43,227 nucleotides of DNA from an uncultured Candidatus Saccharibacteria bacterium (GTDB lineage Bacteria > Patescibacteriota > Minisyncoccia > UBA10092): assembly GCA_964553885.1 (NCBI GenBank), contig CAZKLP010000001.1:1-43227 (forward strand), read 5' to 3'. Below, piece after piece: positions 6,989 through 15,978 of this stretch. Each line of letters opens with the position of its first letter. Within the stretch, counting starts at the first letter, position 1. Under the pieces are notes generated by a model. The model worked only from the letters and a program-made list of their open reading frames with translations, searched no databases and was not told the DNA's origin. The translations under genes were made by a program, and so were the position numbers.

Positions 6989-7958
6989 AGTTTTGCAGTA
7001 GGTTTGGAGGCATTCTTCCCTCTAAGGCCTCAATGATATTGGTTGCCGCCAATGCTGACATTTTTGAGCGCGTTTCTTCTGTTGCCGAAGCGATATGAGG
7101 CGTTAGAATTACACTGTCCAATTCCAAAAGTTCCGGTGTTATTTTAGGTTCAAATTCAAAAACGTCCAAAGCGGCGCCTTTTATTGTTTTATCTGCTAAC
7201 GCTTTTGCCAACGCTATTTCATCAATAATAGGCCCTCGGGAAGTGTTTATAATGTAAGCCGAAGGTTTCATCAATTTTAATCTCTCGGCGTCAATAAAGT
7301 GGCGAGTGGTTTCAAGCAACGGAACGTGTATTGAAACAAAATCGGATTGTTTTAATAAATCTTCAATTGGCAAGTAAGTCGCGGCAAACTCACGCTCAAA
7401 TTCTTCATTGCGTTTTACATCATAATATAAAACCTTCATTTCAAATCCTTTCGCCGCGTGATGGGCAACGCGTGAACCAATTCGTCCCAATCCGATAACG
7501 CCCAGGGTTTTACCAGACAAATCATTACCCAATAAAAGCATCGGCGCCCATCCGATATATTTTCCCGCCCTTGTAAATTTATCCGCTTCCGGTATCCGAT
7601 GGGCAATAGCAAGCATCAAGGCAAAAGTATGTTCGGCAACCGTGCCGGTTAAAACACCCGGCGTATTAGCAACCATAATACCCCGTTTTTTAGCTTCTTC
7701 AGTATCAATATTATCAAAACCGACAGCCATATTGGCAACAATTTTAAGCTGCGGGCCAAAAGCGTCCATCGCTTCTCCGTCAATTTTATCCGTTAAAAGA
7801 CAAAATAAAGCGTCATAATTCTGATCCTTAAGCGCCGCGATTAATTCTTCTTTGGTTAAAACCCTGTCTTCAGGATTAACAGCCACTTCATAACCATTGT
7901 CTTTTAATATTTTAATTCCCGCATCGGGAACCATTCTAGTTATATATATTTTCATCAT
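6987..7958 (-). CDS. D-isomer-specific 2-hydroxyacid dehydrogenase (glyoxylate/hydroxypyruvate reductase-like)
   Basis: NAD motif GVIGLGRIGSRVA, catalytic region SRGPIID...LDVFE.EP...TPHIAS. Confidence 0.85.
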   Translation of the reverse strand: MMKIYITRMVPDAGIKILKDNGYEVAVNPEDRVLTKEELIAALKDQNYDALFCLLTDKIDGEAMDAFGPQLKIVANMAVGFDNIDTEEAKKRGIMVANTPGVLTGTVAEHTFALMLAIAHRIPEADKFTRAGKYIGWAPMLLLGNDLSGKTLGVIGLGRIGSRVAHHAAKGFEMKVLYYDVKRNEEFEREFAATYLPIEDLLKQSDFVSIHVPLLETTRHFIDAERLKLMKPSAYIINTSRGPIIDEIALAKALADKTIKGAALDVFEFEPKITPELLELDSVILTPHIASATEETRSKMSALAATNIIEALEGRMPPNLLQN

Positions 7959-8004
7959 GTTTTATATTATCACATTCCAGAGACCTCTACTAAAATTAAG
8001 AAAT

Positions 8005-8334
8005 TTATTTTAAAATGCGGGCGGCAAGCGCAAAATGGAAAAAATACCGGTCTAAATCATTAAGCGATGTTTTATACTCTTTGCCGCCCAAAACAGCGTC
8101 GCATAATAACTCCCGGGCTCGGACGATTTCTTTCAACCGATTTTTCCAGCGCGGGTCGCTAATTGTTAAATCTAAAAGTTCTAACGCTCTATAGATAGCA
8201 TTCTCGTATGATTTTTGATCTTTATCGCGCCAATTAAGAGCACGGCTTATTTCACCGCCAATATTTCCCAATTGCTGGGCAAGTGAAAGTTTTTGCCAGC
8301 CGCCAGCCGCCAAATTTTTGTGTTGAATAGTCAC
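8005..8334 (-). CDS. Hypothetical helical protein (109 aa)
   Basis: ORF with a GTG start 2 nt after the upstream stop. No motif that I can assign. Confidence 0.5.
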   Translation of the reverse strand: MTIQHKNLAAGGWQKLSLAQQLGNIGGEISRALNWRDKDQKSYENAIYRALELLDLTISDPRWKNRLKEIVRARELLCDAVLGGKEYKTSLNDLDRYFFHFALAARILK

Positions 8335-8336
8335 AA

Positions 8337-8678
8337 CTATAAAATTAATTTACTGACAATATCTCTGATTTTTCTTTGAATATCCAAACTTTCAACTCCT
8401 CTTGATTTATTTTCTTGAGACGGTCTTATGTTGATCATAGAATCAAATTCAATCATATCGTCTTTGGATTTATCGGGATACAGATTTATGCCCCAAAGAT
8501 CTCCTTGCTGCGAACCTTGATCCAGAAGAAGCGCCTCTTCGTCGGCGTGGAGTTCGCCGCCAATAGCCATAATTTCTTTTTCAACATCAACCACGGCCTT
8601 CACCAAATCGCCAAATTGATTTTTAGCAATACTTCTTAATTCTTCTTTAGATATCGAATCTTTTATGATTTTTATCAT
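8337..8678 (-). CDS. Hypothetical protein (113 aa), resembles the DUF5674 family from memory
   Basis: ORF only. The family assignment is recollection, not a search result. Confidence 0.5.
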   Translation of the reverse strand: MIKIIKDSISKEELRSIAKNQFGDLVKAVVDVEKEIMAIGGELHADEEALLLDQGSQQGDLWGINLYPDKSKDDMIEFDSMINIRPSQENKSRGVESLDIQRKIRDIVSKLIL

Positions 8679-8686
8679 GACAAGAT

Positions 8687-9547
8687 TTAAATTTTATTGA
8701 TACTGCCGAAAATTCTCAGTTTTTCTTCTATGATTTTTTTCATCGCTTCAGTTGAGGAGGCTAAAATTTTATAAGGCGTTGTTTCTTCCGGCATTGTTTC
8801 CAGAGATTTCTTCAAAGCTTGCATAAAAGCGACTCTGATTTCAGTATTTATATGAATCATTGAAATTCCATTTAGAGTCGCATTTTTAAAATCCGACTCG
8901 CTCATTCCTGAACCGCCGTGCAAAACAAGGCAAACGCCGCTGACGGATTTTTTGATTTCGACGATTCTTTGAAAATCCAGTTTCGGCGCGTTGGCGGCAA
9001 TGCCATGGATATTTCCCACGGCCGGCGCCAGCATATCCACTCCGGTTTCTTTCACAAATCGCGCCGCTTCTTCCGGCTTGGTTAAGTCCTCCGATTTTAT
9101 TTCTATAATTTCTTTTTGAATTTTCGACTCTCCCCTGACATAACCCAATTCACCTTCCACAATTATATCCGGGTTTTTTGATTTAGCGTATTCTACGCTT
9201 TGTTTGGTTAATTTAATATTTTCTTCAAACGGCAAAGTGGAAAAATCCGCCAAAATCGCATCGTAGCCGGCATCCACAGCCGCGACAACGCCTTCAAAAG
9301 TTTTTGTGTGGTCGGCGTTTAAAAAAATTGGAATATTAAATTCTTCTCTAAAAGCTTTAACTAGATTTACCGCCTGTTTTAAGCCAAGGTGTTTTCTTTC
9401 TCCTTCGGAAGTGCCGACAAAAATTGGAGTTTTTAATTCCGTAGCCGATTCAACAATAGCCCTTAACGCCTCATCTTCCGAAAAATTAAAATGCCCTAAA
9501 GCCCATTTTTCTTCGGTCGTTCTTTTTAAATAATCCCTAATGGTCAT
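8687..9547 (-). CDS. fba: Class II fructose-bisphosphate aldolase
   Basis: HFNF...FVGTSEGE...NADHT...LVLHGGSG motifs of the class II FBA/tagatose-bisphosphate aldolase family. Confidence 0.85.
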   Translation of the reverse strand: MTIRDYLKRTTEEKWALGHFNFSEDEALRAIVESATELKTPIFVGTSEGERKHLGLKQAVNLVKAFREEFNIPIFLNADHTKTFEGVVAAVDAGYDAILADFSTLPFEENIKLTKQSVEYAKSKNPDIIVEGELGYVRGESKIQKEIIEIKSEDLTKPEEAARFVKETGVDMLAPAVGNIHGIAANAPKLDFQRIVEIKKSVSGVCLVLHGGSGMSESDFKNATLNGISMIHINTEIRVAFMQALKKSLETMPEETTPYKILASSTEAMKKIIEEKLRIFGSINKI

Positions 9548-10545
9548 AAGACTTTTGGTTCATAATCCGCCGGGGCTTTTTTAAGATATTCTTCAATTTG
9601 TTCTCGTGTTAAAAGGCCGGCGCGAGCGCCGATTTTCTGGACAACCGACATCGGATTAATTGGCGCCCACATCATCGCCTCCCTTATTGATTTTCCCAGC
9701 GCTAACGCCACGGTAAAAGTTGAAGAAAAAGCATCGCCAGCGCCGGTCCGCTCAAATGGAGGCGCCGGATCAGGATATGGCGGCATAAAAAGCATTTCTT
9801 TGCCGTCATAAGAGTAGGCGCCTTTTGGCCCATCAGTAATTACCGTAATTTTTGGACCAAGCGCTGAAATCATTTTTAGAAGATTTTTTATGTCACTTTC
9901 TTCTGAATTTAAAATTCTTTGCGATTCCTCTTTATTAGAGAAAAAAACATCGCTTCTTTTGTAAATTCCGGCTAAAGCGCTTTTGCCGAATTTCATCTGA
10001 AAAGTGCCCGGCTGAAAAGCTAATTTTATTTCTGGATGGTCATTTAAATATTTTTCAAGTTCCATATGAAAAGGCAGAGAATTTTCGCCCATTGATGAAA
10101 GATAAATCCAGATGGGACTATTTATATCAATAATTTTGTAGTCGTATTTTTCGTGTTTTATTAAAATCGTCCGATCGTCCTCATACCATAAAACAAAATG
10201 GTAATTAGTTTTTGTGCCTTTATGAATCCTGATAAATTCCGTTCCGACTTTTTCGGATTTTAGAGCATCCAAACATTCTTTTCCAAAATAATCATCGCCT
10301 ATATTTGAAACCAACGCGCTTTTCAAGCCCAAACGTGAAGCCGCCACCGCGGCATTGGCGCTATTCCCCACCGCGGGCACTATAAATAAATCCTCATAAA
10401 TAATTTTATCCGCAAAATGCATGCAAATTTCACGACTGCCTTTATCAATATCAATATGGGCCGCGTCTTTCAGCCGGATAAAAGCGTCGGTTACAGTATC
10501 GCCGATTGCTATAAAATCGTATTTCTGTTTGCCAAACAATTTCAT
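9544..10545 (-). CDS. PfkB-family carbohydrate kinase
   Basis: GNSANAA near the N-terminus and the C-terminal TGAGDAFSSTF signature. ATGA overlap with fba. Confidence 0.8.
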   Translation of the reverse strand: MKLFGKQKYDFIAIGDTVTDAFIRLKDAAHIDIDKGSREICMHFADKIIYEDLFIVPAVGNSANAAVAASRLGLKSALVSNIGDDYFGKECLDALKSEKVGTEFIRIHKGTKTNYHFVLWYEDDRTILIKHEKYDYKIIDINSPIWIYLSSMGENSLPFHMELEKYLNDHPEIKLAFQPGTFQMKFGKSALAGIYKRSDVFFSNKEESQRILNSEESDIKNLLKMISALGPKITVITDGPKGAYSYDGKEMLFMPPYPDPAPPFERTGAGDAFSSTFTVALALGKSIREAMMWAPINPMSVVQKIGARAGLLTREQIEEYLKKAPADYEPKVL

Positions 10546-11522
10546 ATCTTTCTTTTTATAACTCTTAAAACAGCGGATTTAATATCTTTAACGCCCATAC
10601 TGAACGCTTCAATAAGTTCATCAGGCTCGCCGGATTCTCCAAATCGGTCGTGAACACCGATAAATTCTTGGGGAGCCGGAAAATGTTGCGCTAATGCTTC
10701 AGCGACAGCCGAACCAAGGCCGCCCGCGACTTGGTGTTCCTCAACAGTAACAACCGCTTTTGTCTCTTTAACTGAATTTAAAATTGTCGTAACGTCAAGC
10801 GGTTTTATCGTATGGCTATTGATAACAGTGGCTTCAATTCCTTCTTTTGATAATTCTTCAGCCGCTATTAAAGCGTTATATAAAAGCATTCCACAACCGA
10901 TTATTGTGATATCTTTTCCGCTTCGTAAAATAATTGCCTTTCCGATTTCAAAAGGAGTTTTCTCGGTTGTAAAAACCGGCGATTTTTCCCGCCCGAAACG
11001 GATATAAACCGGGCCATCGCAGTTAAGAACCGAAGCTTGGGTTGCTTTGCGCGCCTCAATGGCATCGCATGGAACTATTACGGTCATTCTCGGTTGAACC
11101 CGCATTAAAGCAATGTCTTCAAGCGCCTGATGGGTGGCGCCATCCGGTCCAACGGAGATTCCAGCATGAGCGCCGCATATTTTTACCGGCAGATTATTCA
11201 AACTGATAGCAGTCCTTATTTGTTCATTATTGCGACCGGGAGAAAAAACCGCATAAGAAGAAATAAAAGGAATTTTTCCATAATTTGCGAGGCCAGCCGC
11301 TATCGTTGCCATATTTTGCTCGGCAACACCAAGTTCAATATATCGCTCGGGAAATTTTTCTTTAAACCAGTGCGAGCGCGTTGATTCAGCCAGATCGGCG
11401 CATAAAACAACGACGCGGTCATCTTTCTCACCAACCTCAACCAAGCCTTTGCCATAACCATCACGAGTCGGAATTTTTTCCGGCTTTAGTAAATCTTCAA
11501 TTAAGTATACGTTTTTATTCAT
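10542..11522 (-). CDS. Transketolase, C-terminal (pyrimidine-binding) subunit
   Basis: RDGYGKGL...GVAEQNM...IRFGRE. Start moved to MNKNVYL (11522) because the 20 upstream codons read through two GC hairpins. Confidence 0.85.
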   Translation of the reverse strand: MNKNVYLIEDLLKPEKIPTRDGYGKGLVEVGEKDDRVVVLCADLAESTRSHWFKEKFPERYIELGVAEQNMATIAAGLANYGKIPFISSYAVFSPGRNNEQIRTAISLNNLPVKICGAHAGISVGPDGATHQALEDIALMRVQPRMTVIVPCDAIEARKATQASVLNCDGPVYIRFGREKSPVFTTEKTPFEIGKAIILRSGKDITIIGCGMLLYNALIAAEELSKEGIEATVINSHTIKPLDVTTILNSVKETKAVVTVEEHQVAGGLGSAVAEALAQHFPAPQEFIGVHDRFGESGEPDELIEAFSMGVKDIKSAVLRVIKRKI

Positions 11523-11568
11523 GTTCGCTTTTTCCGCCATAGGCGGATCAGCCTTTGGCTGAAATTTT

Positions 11569-12432
11569 TCACTGATGCTCACCTTTAATTATACCTCCCA
11601 AAGTCCTTAATTCATTTAAAAATTTTTCACCTTCAACTGGCTTTGGCGGCTTACCGTGCCAGTTATAATCGTATTCTATTTCAGGAACGCCTTTTCCGGC
11701 AATGGTATGGGCAATAATAACAGTTGGTTTTTCATAAATCGCCTTTGCTTCTTCCACTGCGTCAACAAATTCTTCAATATTGTGGCCGTCAACCTCAAGA
11801 ACGTGCCAGTTAAAGGCCTCATATTTGGCGCGGAGCGGCTCAAGCGGCATCACGTTTTCGGTCATTCCATTTATCTGTATATTGTTGCGGTCAATAATTC
11901 CGATTAAATTGCTTAATTTATTGTTTCCGGCAAACATCGCCGATTCCCACAAATTTCCGGCTTGATGCTCGGCATCGGACATGGCGCAATATACTCTGAA
12001 TTTTTTAGAGTCCATTCTCGCCCCGTAAGCTATTCCGGCCGCCTGTCCCAAACCGGAACCCAAAGGACCGGAAGTTGTTTCAACGCCGGGAAGTCGTTCT
12101 CTTTCAGGATGCCCTTGAAGCCGCGTTCCGAATTTTCTTAGGGTTTTTAACTCTTCAATTGGAAAATAACCGGCGTGAGCCATCGTAGCGTAGCGAATAG
12201 GGCAAATGTGGCCGTTTGAAAGAATCAGCCGGTCGCGGTCGGGCCAAAATGGATTTTTCGGGTCGTGATTTAAAATATGGAAATAAAGCGCGGTAAAAAT
12301 ATCAGCCATTCCAAGCGGCCCGGCAGTATGGCCAGATTTTGCTTCAACCAGTTCTTCAATAAGCGATTGGCGAATCTTATTCGCCAATTCTTCCAGCTCT
12401 TTTATTTTATCGTCGTGAATATAGTGAGACAC
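11569..12432 (-). CDS. Transketolase, N-terminal (TPP-binding) subunit
   Basis: SGHTAGPLGMADIF...LSNGH...GHPE...GPLGSGL...DAEHQAGN...DRNNIQI. Confidence 0.85.
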   Translation of the reverse strand: MSHYIHDDKIKELEELANKIRQSLIEELVEAKSGHTAGPLGMADIFTALYFHILNHDPKNPFWPDRDRLILSNGHICPIRYATMAHAGYFPIEELKTLRKFGTRLQGHPERERLPGVETTSGPLGSGLGQAAGIAYGARMDSKKFRVYCAMSDAEHQAGNLWESAMFAGNNKLSNLIGIIDRNNIQINGMTENVMPLEPLRAKYEAFNWHVLEVDGHNIEEFVDAVEEAKAIYEKPTVIIAHTIAGKGVPEIEYDYNWHGKPPKPVEGEKFLNELRTLGGIIKGEHQ

Positions 12433-12468
12433 GTTTTAAATTTAAAATTCAAAAATCAAAATGTAAAA

Positions 12469-13137
12469 TTATTGTAATATCTTATTTTTTAATTCTTTTA
12501 TTGCTTGGCCAACATCCGGCGCTTTCAAAATCCCTGAACCGATAATGAAAATAATAATTCCTGCATCTTTTAAATCATTAATGTTCGCGGTTCTCACGCC
12601 ACCGTCTATTCCAATTTTAACATTTGGGAAATTTTGGCGCAATGACTTTATTTTATCCAAAACCTCGGGAATAAACTCTTGGCCGTCTTTGCCTGGGTGA
12701 ACTCCTAAAAATAATATTAAATCCACTGTATTTATCCACGGCTCAATCATCATATTTGGCGTTTCGGGATTTAAAGCCAGTCCAACTTCAACGTTATTTT
12801 CACGGCAAATATCTATAATTTTTTTTACGTCAACAACCGCTTCAATGTGAACAATAACTCTTTTTGCGCCAATCCGAACCCATTCCCCAATCGTTTCTTC
12901 CGGCTTACCAATCATTAGATGAAATTCAACATTAGCGCGTTCGGTGAAATATTTTAAATCCACAAGATCAACGTTTGTTTTTATCGGCACAAATTTTCCA
13001 TCGGTAATGTCAATCTGAACCCAATTATCAAACTCGCCCAAAAACGGCTCAAGTTTTTTAAACTTGGCTTTTAATTCTTCAAAATCATTTTCCGGATTTT
13101 CATCCGAAATAATTAATGCGGGAATGATTTGCTGCAT
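12469..13137 (-). CDS. rpe: Ribulose-phosphate 3-epimerase
   Basis: DI.DG.FVP...H.M...VHPG..GQEF...IDGG pattern. Confidence 0.8.
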   Translation of the reverse strand: MQQIIPALIISDENPENDFEELKAKFKKLEPFLGEFDNWVQIDITDGKFVPIKTNVDLVDLKYFTERANVEFHLMIGKPEETIGEWVRIGAKRVIVHIEAVVDVKKIIDICRENNVEVGLALNPETPNMMIEPWINTVDLILFLGVHPGKDGQEFIPEVLDKIKSLRQNFPNVKIGIDGGVRTANINDLKDAGIIIFIIGSGILKAPDVGQAIKELKNKILQ

Positions 13138-13150
13138 AGAATAAAATTAT

Positions 13151-14497
13151 TTATTTAATATTTCTCAACTCCTCGCGAACCACAATCCTATCGTCCCACA
13201 TATACCGTTTACCGCCGATGACGATTGATTGCTCGGAGCCCTTGCCCGTTATTAATACTACATCATTATCGCCGGCCAAAGAAAGGGCTTTTTTTATTCC
13301 TTCCCGCCTGTCTTCAATAACAAACAAATCTTTTCCGCGGATTTTGCCGAATTTTTCCGCCGCGGCGGCAATATCTTCGCAAATTTCTTTTGGGTCGTCT
13401 TCATATGGGTCAACATTGCTTACAACAACGAAATCGGCTTTTTTTGCGGCAATTTCGCCTAAAACCGGCCTTTTGGCTTTGTCTCTGCCGCCGCCTTCAG
13501 CGCCCAAAAGAACAATTACTTTTCCGATTGACTGCGCCGCCATTTCTCCGGCTGTTTCTAAAACCGCGCTCATCCCCTCTTTTTCATGAGCGTAGTCAAC
13601 AAAAACCAGAAATTTTTGCCCTTCATCTATTATTTCCATCCGCCCCGGAATATTTTTAAGATTTTTTAACCCCTCTTGTATTTTTTCTTTAGGAATATCA
13701 AAAAATGAACCGATAATAATCGCCGGAAGCGCGTTATAAACATTGAACTTACCAAGAATATTTATTTGATGCATGGTTGAGCCGACAAAAAATTCCAAAC
13801 CGTCTTTCGTGTTTCTTATTTTATCAGCCTGAAAATCGGCCTTGCCCGCCGAAGCCTTGGCGAAGGCGGGACCATTCCTTATTCCGAAAGTTATTTTTTT
13901 ATCCGCCGGAAAATTTAAAAAATATTCCTTGTGCAAATCGTCATAATTCGCGATGATAATTTTTTTAATTTCTTTTCCATCAATAATTTTTCGTATGCCA
14001 TTTTTAAGCGTCTTAAACATTTTGCCTTTCGCTTCTTTATATCTTTCAAAACTTCCGCCGTGCGATTCCAAATGCTCCGGCGTTAAATTGGTAAAAACAG
14101 CAATATCATAAAAAATTCCGAAGTGACGCCATTGTTTTATGCCTTCCGAGGTAGTTTCGACAACAGCAAATTTACAGCCGGAATCGGCCATTTGCTTTAA
14201 AGTTTTTTGTAAAATAAACCGGCCAGGCATAGTCATATGATATTTATTAAGCATTTCAATTTCGCCGATTCTGATATTTGCCGTCCCGATAAGCCCCGTT
14301 TTATGTCCCGCCGCAGTTAGAACCGACCAGATAAAATTTGCCGCCGAGGTCTTGCCTTTGGTGCCGGTAATACCGATGACAATCATTTTTTTCGTCGGCC
14401 AGCTGTAATAAAAACCGGCTAAAGCTGCCAAGCTTAGGTGATACCAAGAAATTAACTGTTCCGGAATTAGTTTTTTTATTTTAGATTTAAAAGCCAT
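13151..14497 (-). CDS. murE: Mur ligase, MurE-like (UDP-MurNAc-tripeptide synthetase)
   Basis: P-loop GITGTKGKTS, E...T.EH, DYAH, C-terminal GKG.E. Carries an in-frame GC-rich palindrome at 13845-13870. Confidence 0.8.
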   Translation of the reverse strand: MAFKSKIKKLIPEQLISWYHLSLAALAGFYYSWPTKKMIVIGITGTKGKTSAANFIWSVLTAAGHKTGLIGTANIRIGEIEMLNKYHMTMPGRFILQKTLKQMADSGCKFAVVETTSEGIKQWRHFGIFYDIAVFTNLTPEHLESHGGSFERYKEAKGKMFKTLKNGIRKIIDGKEIKKIIIANYDDLHKEYFLNFPADKKITFGIRNGPAFAKASAGKADFQADKIRNTKDGLEFFVGSTMHQINILGKFNVYNALPAIIIGSFFDIPKEKIQEGLKNLKNIPGRMEIIDEGQKFLVFVDYAHEKEGMSAVLETAGEMAAQSIGKVIVLLGAEGGGRDKAKRPVLGEIAAKKADFVVVSNVDPYEDDPKEICEDIAAAAEKFGKIRGKDLFVIEDRREGIKKALSLAGDNDVVLITGKGSEQSIVIGGKRYMWDDRIVVREELRNIK

Positions 14498-15561
14498 TTT
14501 CTTACACTATATAAGAAGTACCAAAATGGTTTAAGGACTAGGTCGTAAGAATCGGAATATTCAAGAAGTTTGCCGCCGAATCGTTTTTTAAAAATAGAAA
14601 TTCCGCCAAATGTTTCATATTCGCCGTCGCTGTCCACTCCGCCAAAATTATAAATTTTAAATCCGCGCCGCTTCGCTTCTTTAGCCGCTTCCCATTGCGC
14701 CAGATGCGAAAACATCAGATTCTTATGCTCATCGCTTGAACCGCCGAGCATAAAAAAGGCCATGTTACCGAAAAGTAAAATTAAATTTATTGCTAAAATT
14801 TTATTATCATATTTAGCGACTGCTAAAAATGCGTCATTCTGATTTAACATATTAAAAATGTTCTGATAATAATTTTTAGGATGAAGGTTGAAATTATCGC
14901 GCTTTGCCGTTTCTTCAAGGAGCTTGTAAAAATCATTAAAATATTTATTCATGGTGAGCAAAGTCGAACCATTAAAATTTTGCAAAATGATTTCTACTTT
15001 TATCCCCTTTCTTTCAGCTAAGCCAATGTTGTAGCGAGTTTTTGGATGCATATTATTCAGCAATTCCTCTTCGGATTTTTCAATGTTTAAAATCCATTCG
15101 TATTTTGGCTGGAAACAAGAGGAATGATAATGAGAAGTAGGAGTTTTTTTAAAGTAATTTTTAAAATTATTTTCAGTTTTCGGGAATGTGTCAAATCGTA
15201 CAAAAACCGCGTTTTCCTTCTTGGCAATTTTCGATAATTTATCGCGAAATGTTTTTAAAAATTCATCGTTTAAATAACTCGTCTCTTTTAAGACGGGTCC
15301 ATGCGGAATATACAAAAAACTTTCAGAAAACGGCCCTCCTACGCTAAAGCTTCGGCGGGTAAACAGTGAATACTTTATAACTTGAAAAAATCCTGAAATT
15401 TCTGAATCGTTTTTTATTTCAAATCTTATAACTTCACGACCCATCGCCTTTTGCCACTCGCCAAAAAACCACGCTTGGGTAAAAGACGCGTTTCTCGCGA
15501 CTAGAAGCGGATTGTATTCCGATTCATTGTTGACTTCCCTAAATTCAATCATTACCGCCAT
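14476..15561 (-). CDS. FemAB-family peptidoglycan interpeptide-bridge aminoacyltransferase
   Basis: FTQ...WQKAMG...KTRYNI..AERKG...KRFGG, typical of FemA/FemB/FemX. Start moved to MAVMIEF (15561). Overlaps the murE start by 22 nt. Confidence 0.7.
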   Translation of the reverse strand: MAVMIEFREVNNESEYNPLLVARNASFTQAWFFGEWQKAMGREVIRFEIKNDSEISGFFQVIKYSLFTRRSFSVGGPFSESFLYIPHGPVLKETSYLNDEFLKTFRDKLSKIAKKENAVFVRFDTFPKTENNFKNYFKKTPTSHYHSSCFQPKYEWILNIEKSEEELLNNMHPKTRYNIGLAERKGIKVEIILQNFNGSTLLTMNKYFNDFYKLLEETAKRDNFNLHPKNYYQNIFNMLNQNDAFLAVAKYDNKILAINLILLFGNMAFFMLGGSSDEHKNLMFSHLAQWEAAKEAKRRGFKIYNFGGVDSDGEYETFGGISIFKKRFGGKLLEYSDSYDLVLKPFWYFLYSVRKWLLNLK

Positions 15562-15630
15562 TTTACGCTTTTTTTGCCTTAAAAACAATAAAACAATGTC
15601 TCAATGACAAGAATCGTCTTGCGAAACCAT

Positions 15631-15659
15631 CAGAGGGTGGATTCGGAGTTGTAACCGAG
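15631..15659 (-). repeat. Decayed third copy of the tRNA-Ser 3' end
   Basis: Minus strand reads CUCGGUUACAACUCCGAAUCC-ACCCUCUG. It shares AAUCC...ACCCUCUG with the pseudo-tRNA at 15767-15824 (3-nt gap). Confidence 0.35.
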
Positions 15660-15675
15660 AATAGAGACAATCGTA

Positions 15676-15720
15676 TCCCATAAAAATCACCAACCGAAAG
15701 GCTTTTAGCCAAATAGGTTG
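15676..15720 (-). terminator. Terminator after the tRNA-Ser locus
   Basis: Minus strand reads CAACC...GGCU-AAA-AGCC...GGUUG, followed by GUGAUUUUUAU. Confidence 0.5.
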
Positions 15721-15766
15721 TTTTTATATAAAAAGTCGCCCGGTCTCTCGAACCGGTGCTCAGCAC

Positions 15767-15824
15767 TGCAGAGGGTACAGGATTTGAACCTGTGATGCCT
15801 TGCGGCAAACTCGCTTTCTCCCGC
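15767..15824 (-). pseudogene. tRNA-Ser pseudogene (anticodon-3' stem, variable arm, T arm and acceptor 3' strand only)
   Basis: AAAGCGAG UUUGCCGCAAGGCAUC ACAGG UUCAAAU CCUGU ACCCUCU G aligns with the 3' 55 nt of the adjacent intact tRNA-Ser. It has no D arm or 5' anticodon stem. Confidence 0.6.
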
Positions 15825-15827
15825 CAA

Positions 15828-15914
15828 TGGCGGAGGGTACAGGATTCGAACCTGTGAGGGATTTCTCCCACACGCTTTCCAAGCGTGCGCCTTAAGCCAC
15901 TCGGCCAACCCTCC
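15828..15914 (-). tRNA. tRNA-Ser (GGA), CCA encoded
   Basis: GGAGGGU UG GCC GAGUGGCUUAA GGC G CACGC UUGGAAA GCGUG UGGGAGAAAUCCCUC ACAGG UUCGAAU CCUGU ACCCUCC G CCA. Perfect 7-bp acceptor stem, G73 discriminator. Confidence 0.9.
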
Positions 15915-15946
15915 GCCATTGGCGGGATTGCGATTTGTTTCTAAAA

Positions 15947-15975
15947 ATTCTACGCTTACTAGAATTTTTAGACAA
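15947..15975 (-). promoter_or_regulatory. Candidate promoter for tRNA-Ser
   Basis: Minus strand: TTGTCT (15975-15970), 17-nt spacer, TAGAAT (15952-15947). It is embedded in a 20-bp AT-rich hairpin. Confidence 0.45.
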
Positions 15976-15978
15976 ATC

